Part shown: positions 46,241-59,800 of the stretch, in pieces | Position numbering within the stretch: the stretch's first letter is position 1 | How the letters are laid out: each line of letters begins with the position of its first letter | Source: Eimeria praecox | Taxonomy: Eukaryota | Length of the DNA stretch: 64,000 nucleotides | Direction of reading: 5' to 3' | Assembly (NCBI GenBank): GCA_963920595.1 | Contig: OY986950.1 | Coordinates: 1,488,001-1,552,000, forward strand | Program-made: the position numbers and the translations under genes | The notes under the pieces: model-generated | The model's database searches: none | What the model saw: the letters and a program-made list of their open reading frames with translations, nothing else | What the model was told of the DNA's origin: nothing

Positions 46241-49200
46241 CTTTCGGGGTCGGGCGGAGGGGAGATGGGAGATCTCCACCAGCAGTGTTATGCAGAATCC
46301 AACACACGATTTCATCTTACCTTCAGCAAGAACCAAATGGTTCTTTGCACACGCGTGAAGCGAAGAAAATTGGTACAGGATGTTAGATTATGCTTGCTTT
46401 GAGGCGCCAGGAAGTCTTTGCCGTAATAAAAGAAAGTGAGTTGGGGTGTTTTGGCTTGATAATTGCTTGAGCACACGCGTTCCTGTGCCGTGGCATTTTC
46501 CAGGCTTGCCAGACGACGCTAACGTTAGTTTGATACGTATTCTGGTGGCGCATCACTCAGCAATAGCGGTCCAACCGGACTGGAGTATGGCATGCTTTGG
46601 GGGGTGATTGATTGCCTTTACTCGAAACAGAACTGTGCGCTACAACGCACTGCCATCAGCAGCAGGCCTGTCCATGGAATGGACGTGAGATGTTTGCATT
46701 TTTGGCGGTTATGGGATCAGGCAGTGCGCTGCTTGAGGCGCAGCCCTTTTACCACGATTGTGTTGGATGGGGTAACCACCCGTCCCGTTCTATGCCTTTG
46801 TGATGGCCGTGGTGTAGATAACTTGCGGCTTTGCATATAGCTAACAGCAATCTTCTGTGTATGCTAGCCTGTCCGTGGCATTGCGGTGGCTTGGCACTTC
46901 GTTAGAACGCAGGACCTTCCGTACACGCGGAACTGTGATAGGAAAGTTTGCCTTGCATTACGATGTAAAATTCTGGCACTGACGGCGAATAGCTGGCTGT
47001 TTTTATGTCAGGCTGTGAGCCAGCTACTCTAGGAGGGCAAGGAGCGTGGCCGGTTTGTGCCTTCGGTGTTGGTGTTGGTCAGGCTGTAGAAGGGCTTTTC
47101 CACCAATACGTTTGGAGTTGCTGCTTCACGCAGTGCTCGTTATATGTGTAGGCAGTGCTTGCCGTCGGTCGCTGGCATATGGTCATGCTATAAGTACTGG
47201 TATTCCAGTGTTTCCGCTTGTATTGCAGGTCACCTGGGGCTTAATGTGGGAGCTATCATCCCTCAATCACCCTTTGCGGGAGTCAGCATGTAAGCCATGC
47301 TAGGACTTGCGCGTGTCGCAGCCTTTGCCTACTTGTCGCTAGAGGGCCCACACAATGTGAATGTTGCGCATGCGCAAAATGCCAGTGATAAAAATCACAA
47401 GAAAAGGTGCTCACATTTGCTTTAATTGTGGCTCGAATGTGCGTATATTTGCGGGCATACGGCATTAAGTAGATTGGGGCTGCGTCTTCTGGCATCCTCG
47501 AGGCCATTTCCTGTGTAGGGCCCGGTGCGGCATCTGGAGTCACCGTTTCCCTAGGGACCTAAGTATCGGCTACAGGAGAAGGTAGGCACCATTCAGCGCT
47601 AAAACCTTCCTTGCATCCATGTTGTACTCCGTTGTTCTGTAGCGTGTAAGCGCTGCGATGACTAAGCTTTGCATGGGGCTTTGCAACGGATTCAACGTCT
47701 GTGCTTTCTGGAATGCATTGCTGGCGGAGTAGAGTGGAAAATTGATTGAATGTCGCGAGCTCGAGCCAGGTGTACGGCTGTTACGCAGTGTTATGTTACT
47801 TCGTGAAAGCCCAAACATTGCTGGGAGCTGTAGTCGATGCAAAAAACCAAGGTACCACTGCAAAAATTGCTGAATGCTGCCGTATTCGGCCCTTATTGCG
47901 ATCTTATGATGGCCGGATATGTCGAGCTGGCCGCAGCACGTGAGTTGCACCATTGATAGTAGTCCTTTTTGTGAATGGCGATGCAATATGACCAACGCAA
48001 CCGTGGCACAGCTCACGGCGCTACGTGTATGCTCCCTTCAACTCACGGCGGCTCGTCTTCAATGCGCCTAGGACTTAGAAAGCCTTTTCATTCGTAGGCA
48101 GTACGTTGAACTACTCAGGCAAAATGTAGTGTGCATTTATAAATTTTATTGCTGATGCTAAGTAAGGTTCAAATGCCTGCCCTATCCTCGGGTTTGCCCA
48201 TCCGACCTATATATTGCTTTAGGTTAGCAATAGCACTTTGCGTCCCACGTTAAATGGCGTAAATCGGAAATTATTGAAGTGGCGATGAGTGGCAACCTCA
48301 TGTGAAAACAGTTGGTGAGTGCCCATAGGCAAATTAGCTGAAAGCATGTCAGTATATTCAGTTGTTGGTTGACCTGAGAAGGGAGCCAAGCAAATACACT
48401 GCATTTTCTTAATACAGTGCCAGAAACATTCTATGCGCATCTCACAACTGCCACTGGAGTGCAGACGAGATCGTGTATTTGGAGTAAGACTGCCAGGAGC
48501 TCCTGCGCCTTTGCATTCTGTCTTCTGCCTTCTTGCAGAACTCCAATCATATGTGATGTTGTTTCGACCCAATGACGTGCTTGTTCTGCTTTCATGAAGT
48601 CATTAGCCTAGGAGTTTCGTGCGCTGTTTGCACAACAGCGTGCGATTGAGAATCCTCGTACGAAGGCATTATTGCGTGTGCGCCATTCAGTGGCTCATGA
48701 GAGCTGTTGTTTAGTATGGCGCATCGGGACCCAGGCGGTACGTCTGTGCCTCTGCTCTGTGCAAACCAGTACTTTCGGAAACGGCCGGTAGGCGCACACA
48801 GAAAACAGCGTTGAGAACATATTTTCTCAAACGTTTCCCTGCGGCATGCTGGAGACAAAAGTTCCGCTTTCTTTTGTACCGGCCACTTGCTGTGCTCAAA
48901 AGTGGGGCTGTGATGACGACGCTATTCCAAATGCAGGGAGTAAGCATGGCTTATTCTTACGGAGCTCGTGGGAGGTGGGCAGTTTACGAAGGTGGAGGCG
49001 TGCCAACGTAAAAGCAGTGCTGCAAGCTTGGTGGCTTTCAGCAGTCGTTTAGCCATGCTCGCCAGAGTCACGACAGCCTGGGGAAAGCGGCTTACCCGTC
49101 GCTACTAGCTTCTCCGATCTAGCAAAGGTGTATTGCACACCCAAGTTGCTGGTGCACCCTTCCCTGTCATAATTGTTGCAGCGCCGCATGATACGGTGAT

Positions 49201-49679
49201 CACATGTAGCAAACCCCAATGGACTGCCTAGCGACAGAGCATACCGCGAGGTGGAGCAGATTATTGGGACGGATGCTCAGTGGCTTCGACACATGCGGTG
49301 AAACTTCGTGGACACCCTAAGGCATGCTATACTACTAAACAGTGCACTAGGACCCTGGCACGCAAAATATTGGTGTGAGGGCCCACTTAAACAGTGCTTG
49401 TACTCTTGGGCCCAGGCAGTGAGCATGAGGTTCTATATGAAGCCCACATCTGGCTGCACAGGCGCAGGTTTAACCTCTGATGATGCGTTACGCTGACGGA
49501 ACAGGGACTTGTACTGTACTTGGTACCTTACGAGAGCTTGCCGTGGGCGTAGGAAGTGCGTTTTGACCAAAATTTTAGATACGTTTGGGATAATGCTGTC
49601 GCAAGACCCCAGTGAGCCCGATTTAGTAGTTTCATGCGTTTCGTTGCAGCCCTTTCGTTTGGGTGCTTGGGTGTCTACT

Positions 49680-49743
49680 ACTTTTAAGCTTCTAGGCTCC
49701 CTCATAACATGACTTCTAAGCTTCTAGGCTCCCTCATAACATG
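49680..49743 (+). repeat. 32-bp tandem duplication
   Basis: ACTTYTAAGCTTCTAGGCTCCCTCATAACATG x2 with one mismatch. Confidence 0.9.
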
Positions 49744-51396
49744 TTCACCTAGCTGCCGACAGCAAAAGGTTGCTATACAGTCCATGCAGCATAATTCCAT
49801 GTCTATTTCTCCCCTTCACAGCATGTTGCGGTGTTGAGGATCCACACTGGAGGCCTGGTGCATTGCTTCGCAGAAAACATGTTTATCGCAAGGCATAATA
49901 GTTGCACCTGTGAAGTCATGGCTTTTAGAGAAGTTCTGACCTAACTGGTGGTGGCGGCGCCTTCACAGGGTAAAAGAAAATCCTGCTGCCACTGTTGCAT
50001 TCTCTTCTCACATGGGATTGACTGCTTTCCCGGGAACAGGCTGTGGGTCATTTTAATGAAGCTTCTGGCCCTACCATTAGGATCTATCCCTTGCGAAAGG
50101 CGAAGGCATGCATTGGGGAATCTAGGCAGCGCAAAAGATATGACAGGTGGCTGCAGGCGGCCTGTTCTATGCACGGTATAGCAGTGCCGGGATGGCTGCA
50201 CTTTTGATGCGAACTTCAGGATCCAGAGGGGGACCAAGTAAGTAATGGGCGACATGGTTCAAGCACGAGAGGTGATGTATTTGCCCATTAAAGCTTCTAT
50301 AACCAGCAAGTGAGCTCGTATTCCTGAAACACTAACTGGGTCCTCGCACCGGCGTAGCACCCAAATGCATGATACTCAATCTTTCGTTGTTCACCGCCTG
50401 ACTGGGGCGCGAATGCATGCCGTCAGTATGGCATGCAGCCCAACTACACAGAAGGAGTTCTGAGCAGTTTGCAGTTTTGAATGCCTCCCTTCTTGGGCTT
50501 TTATGGCCTCCTTGCCATGCGCAGGCAAAGTGGAAAACGTCTGGCATGAGGGTGCCCAATGGCAGCCTCATGCTTCAGGTGGACGTAAGAGTGCGTGCTT
50601 GCTGGAAAGTTGCCAACCACTTCAGCAGTATCACTTATTGCTGGAAAATGCCCGACATGAGGGTGCCCAGAAGCGTTCTCATGCCTAAAGGCAATTGGGC
50701 TTGTGCGCTTGCCCAAAAGTAGCAATTCACGTCAATCCTATCTATTGTTGCTGCCTCCCTTGGTGAGCCAGATCGTGCGCTGGTGTACCATCCTTGCAGC
50801 AACGCAATCAGGTTTTCGCTAAGGCCCATGAAGGCAGGCTTACATCCTTGTGAATCACATGCAGCTGATGCCTCGTGAGAGGTCTGCTCTTGGGCGCAAG
50901 GTATCGCCTCCTCCCCTTTGAGGCGTCTTTCGGTGCCTGCGCAGATGAAGCAAACTCCTGCCGAAGGCCGGGGAATTCACTCTTGAACAAAGCGATCTAG
51001 TGTATCACAGCAACCGTTGCAACAGGAGGTGCGCCTCAGCACGCATTGCTGCGCTGACACATCCCCGACTGCATGCAGGGGCAGTAAAACATTGTCTGCT
51101 TGCTGCGCTAAGTTGTATACGCCTGCCTTGACAGGGCAGGGGAACAAGAGATACTCTTATCCATAACTTTGCAACCTATCATGCCGCGTATTGTCGCTCT
51201 GTGCGCAGAACGTGTGTCTTTATCCTCTTGAAACCCTGCCCATCATTGTTACTGGGCACTACAGGAACTTATGAAGGCGCGCCCAGTGCTCAGCCTTGTT
51301 TTTCTTACCTTGATTTGCCTGTCCACCATGCCGACCTGCCTTACATAGCGGGCACATAGACATGCTACATACACAAATTCCAAGGGTGGCTACAGA

Positions 51397-52243
51397 CGGC
51401 GTGCGCACTGCTGCTTCGGGTGCGGATGCAGCTAGTACGTCGATCGCTCTACTAGACGGACGTTGCTCTGCCGTGCTCATGGTTGGAGCATTTGGATGGC
51501 GCATTTGGAGCTCGTGTCGCACTGAGAACGGTGGCTTCAGTTTGGGGCGGGACGAAAAAAAATGTTCTCACATAATAATCAAGCCTGGAGTTTCACCGAT
51601 TCAAGTTTTTGCCTGATGCCCAAGGAAAAGGACGTAGGCTGGTCTGATCGCAGGAGGTGGGCTTTTGCTTACTTCTGCTTAGGCATATACAAACTGCTTC
51701 ATGGCTGCTGATGGCTGGGTGCAATTCAAAGGAAAACGGACCAGCAAGGCTACAGACTAGCGGTGACAGAGGCCGCTTGCTAGGTGCGCTTGTGAGATGC
51801 CCACGTGGCACTGGCGAGCAAGGATTCCAGGTGCAGGCTGAATAGAACCGAAGCTGCTTGTAGAATTGCCCCTAGGCGCACGTTCGTGCCTGTCCATCAG
51901 GGCATTGAAGAAGTGTTTCGGAACAACACCTGACGCGTGCATTAGCATCTTTTGTGGCATGTTCCTTATATTTGTGTTGCGAAGAAGGTGCGTATTGAGG
52001 CTGTGTTCACTGCATGCTGCAAGGGGAGTTGCTTGAGCCTGAAGACCTGTGGTGTTGGTGGGTGGTAGTTCGCGGCAACTACAATCACATGCCGCGCCTT
52101 GGGTGAGATCCCAACGATGATGTTTCACGGCCAGGTGCCTGGTGTATGGCTTTACCAACACCCATACGTTTCAAGACTGGAGCGCTCTCGAAGGCATGAG
52201 ACTGAGGCAGCAGTCGTCATGCTCAGGAAGTGGGTTTGTTTTC
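51397..52243. repeat. ~845 bp near-identical direct repeat, copy 2
   Basis: Matches 45395-46240 and abuts the start of the 4.66 kb tandem array. Confidence 0.95.
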
Positions 52244-55200
52244 CAGCTCTTTCCTGTGTGAGCTTGGCGCCAGCAGGGGTTCCGAAGAGATTATCAAGAC
52301 AAGCAGCGGGTAGCCGAACACAAGCGAACAACACGACGGCACGATCGCGATGCAAGCGAAGAAGTGAATAAAGAGGTGACCTCATGAGGCTGGCTTTGGT
52401 TTCATGCGTAACGGGTCGTGACCGCATAACACTGCCGCTGCTACGGTTATGTTCGCGCAAGACGCGTTTTCTTCACCTAAAAAGGTTGTATGTTATTTCC
52501 CCCAGTGTGAGGACTTGAAGCACGAATGAAAAGTTGTGTCTTGCTTCCGTATGCGTGTGCGGAGAGTGGGGCGTTGGGGCAAGAGTAAGTGCTGTCTCCT
52601 TCTTGTACGGAGATGCGGCGTCCTGCAGCATGATGCAGCTCCTTAGTGGGTGGGGGGCGCGTTTCACTATCCTGCAGAGCTAGGTGGGACTGGCCAAACA
52701 TCGGATCAGAAAGTTCGTTTGTGCCCTTTATGCTGAGATGTGCTGCGTGAGTTGTTTAAAGGGTGCCGTAGGCAGCTGATAATAGCTGCAGGTGGTAGCT
52801 ACGTGCAGGCTGGAATATGCACTGTTCAGTGTTTCGGGTTTATCGGGTTTATTTTGGGTAGGCTGCACTTAGGGCTTTGGCTTTGCATGCAGGATGAAAA
52901 CTTTCAACTGTGCGCTCCGTGAAGTGGTAGGTGCAGCAGAGCTTCGGGATGCGGTAATTAGTTGGAGATGTATGTATGCATCGCTGCACAGTGGTTCGTC
53001 TAAAACGGGGAATGTTGCGCATGGCGAGGGTTGTGTCTCTGCGGTTTCGCAGGAAGTAGGTTTCGGCGCTTAAAGCATGAGAAGCCTGCATTGGCTGAGC
53101 ATATGCAATGACAGTACTGATTTGGCCTTTCAGCGTGTGCATTGTCTTCCGTTGAAGTAGCCGCTACTGCCTTGAGGATCACAGCTGGCACTTAGCATAC
53201 TATTCTGCAGAGGGTTTGCTCTTCCTTGCATTAATGGGTGCGGAATGGTGCGAACTCGGGCATCATCGTCAATCATAGGCCATCAAGCTGCCAATGTCTT
53301 TGCTGGAACTAGGATTATGGAGAGGACACGCATGTGGGAACCCTCATGACGAGTAGGATCGAGCTGGTTCAGTTGCAGTTAATCGGTTTGCATGGCAAAA
53401 CCCTGTTCACACGAGCAGTTGGTGCGTTTCTGCACTGTGGAAGAGGCTACGCATTTGCATTACAGCATTACGGCGCCATGTAGGAAAGTGCTGAGTAGCC
53501 GTCCCGTGCATCCGTTCCCGGAATGAGGCGGGGTTGCAACTAGAAGGAGCATGCAGAACGAGCTGCTCTTGTTGAAGCTTTTGCGCCATGTGGGATGGCT
53601 CGGTGGGGAAGGCGACTTGGGTGTCGTGGAGTTGAGTGCTTGGTCAACCTCCAATTTGTCCGCCTGTTCCCCAGATAGGTATGGTGGTGGCGTCTGATGC
53701 TTGCCTGCAGGAAGTGCGTCCTTTCTGTAGTAGTGTGCGCGTGCGCTGACATTGTGGACACCATATATGGGGTTTAGTCTATGTGAGAACTCTCAGTATT
53801 GATATGGGGCGACAATTGTGGGGGAGCCCCTGAGGGAGGTGAGGGCGTGGATAAATTGTGCCTTGAGCGCATCCAGGCACGCATGTGGTGCAGTGCTTAT
53901 GCCTTTAAGCTGATACTGGACAGCTCATTACATGGTGTTTTTTACAAAGCTGTTTTGTTTCGACGGCAGCAGTATAACAGGGGATGCGATGAATGGAAGC
54001 GAATGGACACTGCAGAAAGTGAGTGTTGAGATGCCAACATCTGCAGGGTCTACCGGCTTGCGGAAGAACGAGGGAGCGAGGAGGGCAGATAGCCAAGCCG
54101 CCGTTATATGAGATATCGCTTGCCGCAGGTTGCTGTTTGAGATTCTGCAGTGGCGTCTACAAGCCTTTCGAAGCTGCTTGCGATGAAGCTCGAGAGGAGG
54201 CTTGTGAGGTCTTGCTCTCGCAACAGCAAGTGTGTTTCTGCTTTACCCTTGGCATTAAATTGCGAAATCCTGGGTTTTGTCCGGTTGTATAATGCTGGAC
54301 TCATTGGCAAGACGCCAGCGTACTTGTGTTTCGTGGAGGGCAGGAAATAATAGTTACGGAGAGGGAAAGCGTGATATTGGATTTACGTTCGTGGGGCTGA
54401 TTCGCAGTAGCGTTCGTTTTAAGCGACTGGCAACCTGGTCGTGGTTCCAGCACGTAAGTCAGAATTCAGTCACTTGCCACCGAAGAAGCGTGATGAGATT
54501 TCTTAGCAGCCGCTGTATTCGCGCTTGCTATCCACATTCTGGAATCAATTAGCTACCTAACGAGTGCGAAGGCGCCCGTGGATGGATCACATATGCAGAC
54601 TGCAGCGGCGCATCACCTGTCCACTGCGTTAGTTGCCCATATTTGCCTGTTGCATGGTTGTCTCCATGTGCATTCTTGGCAGCAGGGCTTTAATATGGGG
54701 CGTGGAGGGGGATGGGTTTCGTCGCCATTGCTTTTCGGTTTCCTGGGCATTGAGCGAAGGCAGCTGAAAAGATGTACACACCGCAGCGCGGCCTTGGTTG
54801 TAAGTTGGTGAGTGGGCGGTTTTGAAGTGTCTGACAGGTAGCAGTACACTACCCCCAAGTACGTACCTTTTTCAGCATTCAGGAGGCACATTAGTGGACA
54901 GTGTGATGGGAGTCTGAGGACCGAGTTCAGCTGTAGCCTGGAAGCAGCGAGGTTGGTTTTTGCAAGGCCCAGAGGGGCCTTGGGGGTTTCTATTAGCAAA
55001 CACTAGAGATTTTGCAGAGAAAACGAAGGTGTATCACTGGCTGCATTGCTGCAGAATAACGCAAACAAGTTCAAAGCGAGCGCTGCAGGCTGTGCGTCTT
55101 GACGGGCGTGTTGGTTGCGCGTTGCAGGGCGAGGCGGGTGCATAAGACCTGAGGGGAACACGGACAAATTGCTGCGCTTTCCGTAAACTGTTTGCTAGTG

Positions 55201-56800
55201 GGCATTGATTGAGGTTGTGGCGCGTGCTGTTTGGTAATGCGTGGTTAAGCGCTGCGAGTAGTTAGTAGCGCCAGAGGTTTGTTCAGAGTACTTGTGGTAG
55301 CGTCTGGGCACGTCTGGGCACGTTTGGCCACGAATATGAGTTGAGGATCGTTGAAACCTGACCCCATGCCATGCATGCCAATTCGCCTACGGAACGTTGC
55401 AAAGCTAGGTTGCTTGCCTGAGGTTACCTTGTTCACCGTGGTTATTGCGGCTACAGTGTGTGCAGACTTCCCTACAAGAGGTATTGGAGAACACGCGTAG
55501 CTACATGGTTGTCAGGGTGCCAATGACCTGCGTCCTACGTTTCCTACATGCTCAACCTGGCAGTGGAGAAGCTATCGGGCTGGGTTGGACTGTGCTGTTT
55601 CGGAACAGGCGTCTGTCGAAGCGTAGGCAGCGCATCACCTGCGCAGACCAACCGCACTGCGTGCCAAGAACATAGGGATATCCGGCGGGGTTTGGTAGCA
55701 CAATGAGGACAGCTGGGAACGATGCACCGTTTCCAGTGCTGTCATCTGCTCAGGCCGTACGTTTGTAGAAGACAGTAAAGAGCTTGAGGACGGATGTGTT
55801 CGGGCTGGCGTAAGCAGGATCGTCGAGCACGAAGGTGTCAAGGATGCACCTTTGCATATCTGAAACGATATGAGTCGCAGCAAGTGAGCATCATCGATGC
55901 GTTCGTGGGCACCGTAGGGTGTCTACAGGATGACACAACACATGCATGCAAGGAGGAGTTAATTAGAACATGATGTGGGAGGTGATGCTTGGTTGGCTGT
56001 TCGGCCTGTGATGGGACGTAGCTGGGTTGCAGTGGTGTTGCAGCGAATCTTAGTATGGCTAGAGTTTGTATCTGGCAGTCTTTGCCGCGTGTTCAAGAAT
56101 ATCCAGGCCGCTCTATAGGGAGATTGTGGCTCCTCGGAGACAAGAAGAAATGCGTGACTGGTGGTTGGTTGGGTCTCATATATTGACGATACCGTTCTGG
56201 CTGTGTGGCGGGAGTGGAACGTTTGCATTTCTCAGTGCCATCGCTCACAACAAGGCGTACGTAGGGCTAGCATATTTCTATGTTGGCGTTGCTACACGCC
56301 TTGGGTTTACTACGGTAGCTCACGGAGTGCTTTGCGATGGCATTGCTGCTCTGGTTCTGTGTGCAGAACGTACGTTGGCACCGCATTGCGTTATTGCGTT
56401 GCGCATGCTTGTGCCTCCCAAGGTGACGGACGGTGTGAAGGGTGCTTAGAAGGAGTTAGGACCTTTTTCTGGCGCAGACACTGTGAATAGGGAACTCGCA
56501 GCGTTGCTTCGTTTTACGTCTATACCTAATTTTCAGACCTTGGCAAGAACCTGACATATCGTGGGGTGGCTGTGAAGGGAGTGGCTGAGGAAAGAAGAGG
56601 CGCGGTGATTGCTACGCCTCGATTAAAACTTTTCTATCCTACATGCAGAAAGTGAGGCTTAACCATGGGCTGCTGCGCAGATGCCGTTGCCTGCTAGGGT
56701 CTCTTGGATGGCGCTAATTGTTGGTGTTTGGGCCTGTTGCCTTGCTTCACATGCTTTGGGGGGGGGGCGCAGCGTGCTTGTGCTGCTCCATTCAGACCAG
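52244..56800 (-). mobile_element. Decayed LINE-like ORF2 (APE endonuclease plus RT) forming the tandem unit
   Basis: Minus-strand order: PTISAIQET (~56700, APE), ERID (~55900, APE S.ID), NCRPISIL (53817-53794, NYRPISL), QASIR (QxGFR), LEVDQALNS (53654, lDxxkAFDS), AY-x-DD with a 1-nt frameshift (53280-53265), PINARKS (~53235, INxxKS). The same motifs recur at about +4.66 kb, and the RT motifs again at about +9.33 kb. Confidence 0.72.
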
Positions 56801-59800
56801 TCCACTAAGCATAAGTGTACGCCTAGAGTGAAATAGCTTAACCTGAGGTGCACTTGGATTTATGGGTGAGCCACATTGAATAGGTAGTTAGGCATACGCA
56901 AACAGCTCTTTCCTGTGTGAGCTTGGCGCCAGCAGGGGTTCCGAAGAGATTATCAAGACAAGCAGCAGGTAGCCGAACACAAGCGAACAACACGACGGCA
57001 CGATCGCGATGCAAGCGAAGAAGTGAATAAAGAGGTGACCTCATGAGGCTGGCTTTGGTTTCATGCGTAACGGGTCGTGACCGCATAACACTGCCGCTGC
57101 TACGGTTATGCTCCCTCAAGACGCGTTTTCTTCACCTAAAAAGGCTGTATGTTATTTCCCCCAGTGTGAGGACTTGAAGCACGAATGAAAGGTTGTGCCT
57201 TGCTTCCGTATGCGTGTGCGGAGAGTGGGGCGTTGAGGCAAGAGTAAGTGCTGTCTCCTTCTTGTACGGAGATGCGGCGTCCTGCAGCATGATGCAGCTC
57301 CTTAGTGGGTGGGGGGCGCGTTTCACTATCCTGCAGAGCTAGGTGGGACTGGCCAAACATCGGATCAGAAAGTTCGTTTGTGCCCTTTATGCTGAGATGT
57401 GCTGCGTGAGTTGTTTAAAGGGTGCCGTAGGCAGCTGATAATAGCTGCAGGTGGTAGCTACGTGCAGGCTGGAATATGCACTGTTCAGTGTTTCGGGTTT
57501 ATCGGGTTTATTTTGGGTAGGCTGCACTTAGGGCTTTGGCTTTGCATGCAGGATGAAAACTTTCAACTGTGCGCTCCGTGAAGTGGTAGATGCAGCAGAG
57601 CTGCGGGATGCGGTAATTAGTTGGAGATGCATGTATGCATCGCTGCACAGTGGTTCGTCTAAAACGGGGAATGTTGCGCATGGCGAGGGTTGTGTCTCTG
57701 CGGTTTCGCAGGAAGTAGGTTTCGGCGCTTAAAGCATGAGAAGCCTGCATTGGCTGAGCATATGCAATGACAGTACTGATTTGGCCTTTCAGCGTGTGCA
57801 TTGTCTTCCGTTGAAGTAGCCGCTACTGCCTTGAGGATCACAGCTGGCACTTAGCATACTATTCTGCAGAGGGTTTGCTCTTCCTTGCATTAATGGGTGC
57901 GGAATGGTGCGAACTCGGGCATCATCGTCAATCATAGGCCATCAAGCTGCCAATGTCTTTGCTGGAACTAGGATTATGGAGAGGACACGCATGTGGGAAC
58001 CCTCATGACGAGTAGGATCGAGCTGGTTCAGTTGCAGTTGATCGGTTTGCATGGCAAAACCCTGTTCACACGAGCAGTTGGTGCGTTTCTGCACTGTGGA
58101 AGAGGCTACGCATTTGCATTACAGCATTACGGCTGCCACAGGAGCCATGTAGGAAAGTGCTGAGTAGCCGTCCCGTGCATCTATCCCCGGATTGAGGCGG
58201 GGTTGCAACTAGAAGGAGCATGCAGAACGAGCTGCTCTTGTTGAAGCTTTTGCGCCATGTGGGATGGCTCGGTGGGGAAGGCGACTTGGGTGTCGTGGAG
58301 TTGAGTGCTTGGTCAACCTCCAATTTGTCCGCCTGTTCCCCAGATAGGTATGGTGGTGGCGTCTGATGCTTGCCTGCAGGAAGTGCGTCCTTTCTGTAGT
58401 AGTGTGCGCGTGCGCTGACATTGTGGACACCATATATGGGGTTTAGTCTATGTGAGAACTCTCAGTATTGATATGGGGCGACAATTGTGGGGGAGCCCCT
58501 GAGGGAGGTGAGGGCGTGGATAAATTGTGCCTTGAGCGCATCCAGGCACGCATGTGGTGCAGTGCTTATGCCTTTAAGCTGATACTGGACAGCTCATTAC
58601 ATGGTGTTTTTTACAAAGCTGTTTTGTTTCGAAGGCAGCAGTATAACAGGGGATGCGATGAATGGAAGCGAATGGACACTGCAGAAAGTGAGTGTTGAGA
58701 TGCCAACATCTGCAGGGTCTACCGGCTTGCGGAAGAACGAGGGAGCGAGGAGGGCAGATAGCCAAGCCGCCGTTATATGAGATATCGCTTGCCGCAGGTT
58801 GCTGTTTGAGATTCTGCAGTGGCGTCTACAAGCCTTTCGAAGCTGCTTGCGATGGAGCTCGAGAGGAGGTTTGTGAGGTCTTGCTCTCGCAACAGCAAGT
58901 GTGTTTCTGCTTTACCCTTGGCATTAAATTGCGAAATCCTGGGTTTTGTCCGGTTGTATAATGCTGGACTCATTGGCAAGACGCCAGCGCACTTGTGTTT
59001 CGTGGAGGGCAGGAAATAATAGTTACGGAGAGGGAAAGCGTGATATTGGATTTACGTTCGTGGGGCTGATTCGCAGTAGCGTTCGTTTTAAGCGACTGGC
59101 AACCTGGTCGTGGTTCCAGCACGTAAGTCAGAATTCAGTCACTTGCCACCGAAGAAGCGTGATGAGATTTCTTAGCAGCCGCTGTATTCGCGCTTGCTGT
59201 CCACATTCTGGAATCAATTAGCTACCTAACGAGTGCGAAGGCGCCCGTGGATGGATCACATATGCAGACTGCAGCGGCGCATCACCTGTCCACTGCGTTA
59301 GTTGCCCATATTTGCCTGTTGCATGGTTGTCTCCATGTGCATTCTTGGCAGCAGGGCTTTAATATGGGGCGTGGAGGGGGATGGGTTTCGTCGCCATTGC
59401 TTTTAGGTTTTCTGGGCATTGAGCGAAGGCAGCTGAAAAGATGTACACACCGCAGCGCGGCCTTGGTTGCAAGTTGGTGAGTGGGCGGTTTTGAAGTGTC
59501 AGACAGGTAGCAGTACACTACCCCCAAGTACGTACCTTTTTCAACATTCAGGAGGCACATTAGTGGACAGTGTGATGGGAGTCTTAGGACCGAGTTCAGC
59601 TGTAGCCTGGAAGCAGCGATGTTGGTTTTTGCAAGGCCTAGAGGGGCCTGGGGGGTTTCTATTAGCAAACACTAGAGATTTTGCAGAGAAAACGAAGGTG
59701 TATCACTGGCTGCACTGCTGCAGAATAACGCAAACAAGTTCAAAGCGAGCGCTGCAGGCTGTGCGTCTTGACGGGCGTGTTGGTTGCGCGTTGCAGGGCG

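Larger units (their letters stand above)
45395..50450 (-). mobile_element. Highly decayed non-LTR (LINE-like APE-RT) element, copy A
   Basis: Weak but ordered minus-strand motifs: LVFQE (~50330, APE QET), G(P)DG (~48200), ASNAF (~47715, kAFD), TLSP (~47240) and YASD (47179-47168, YADD). There is residual DNA similarity to 52244+ at about 6 kb offset (AAGCGAAGAA at 46358/52354). Confidence 0.5.
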
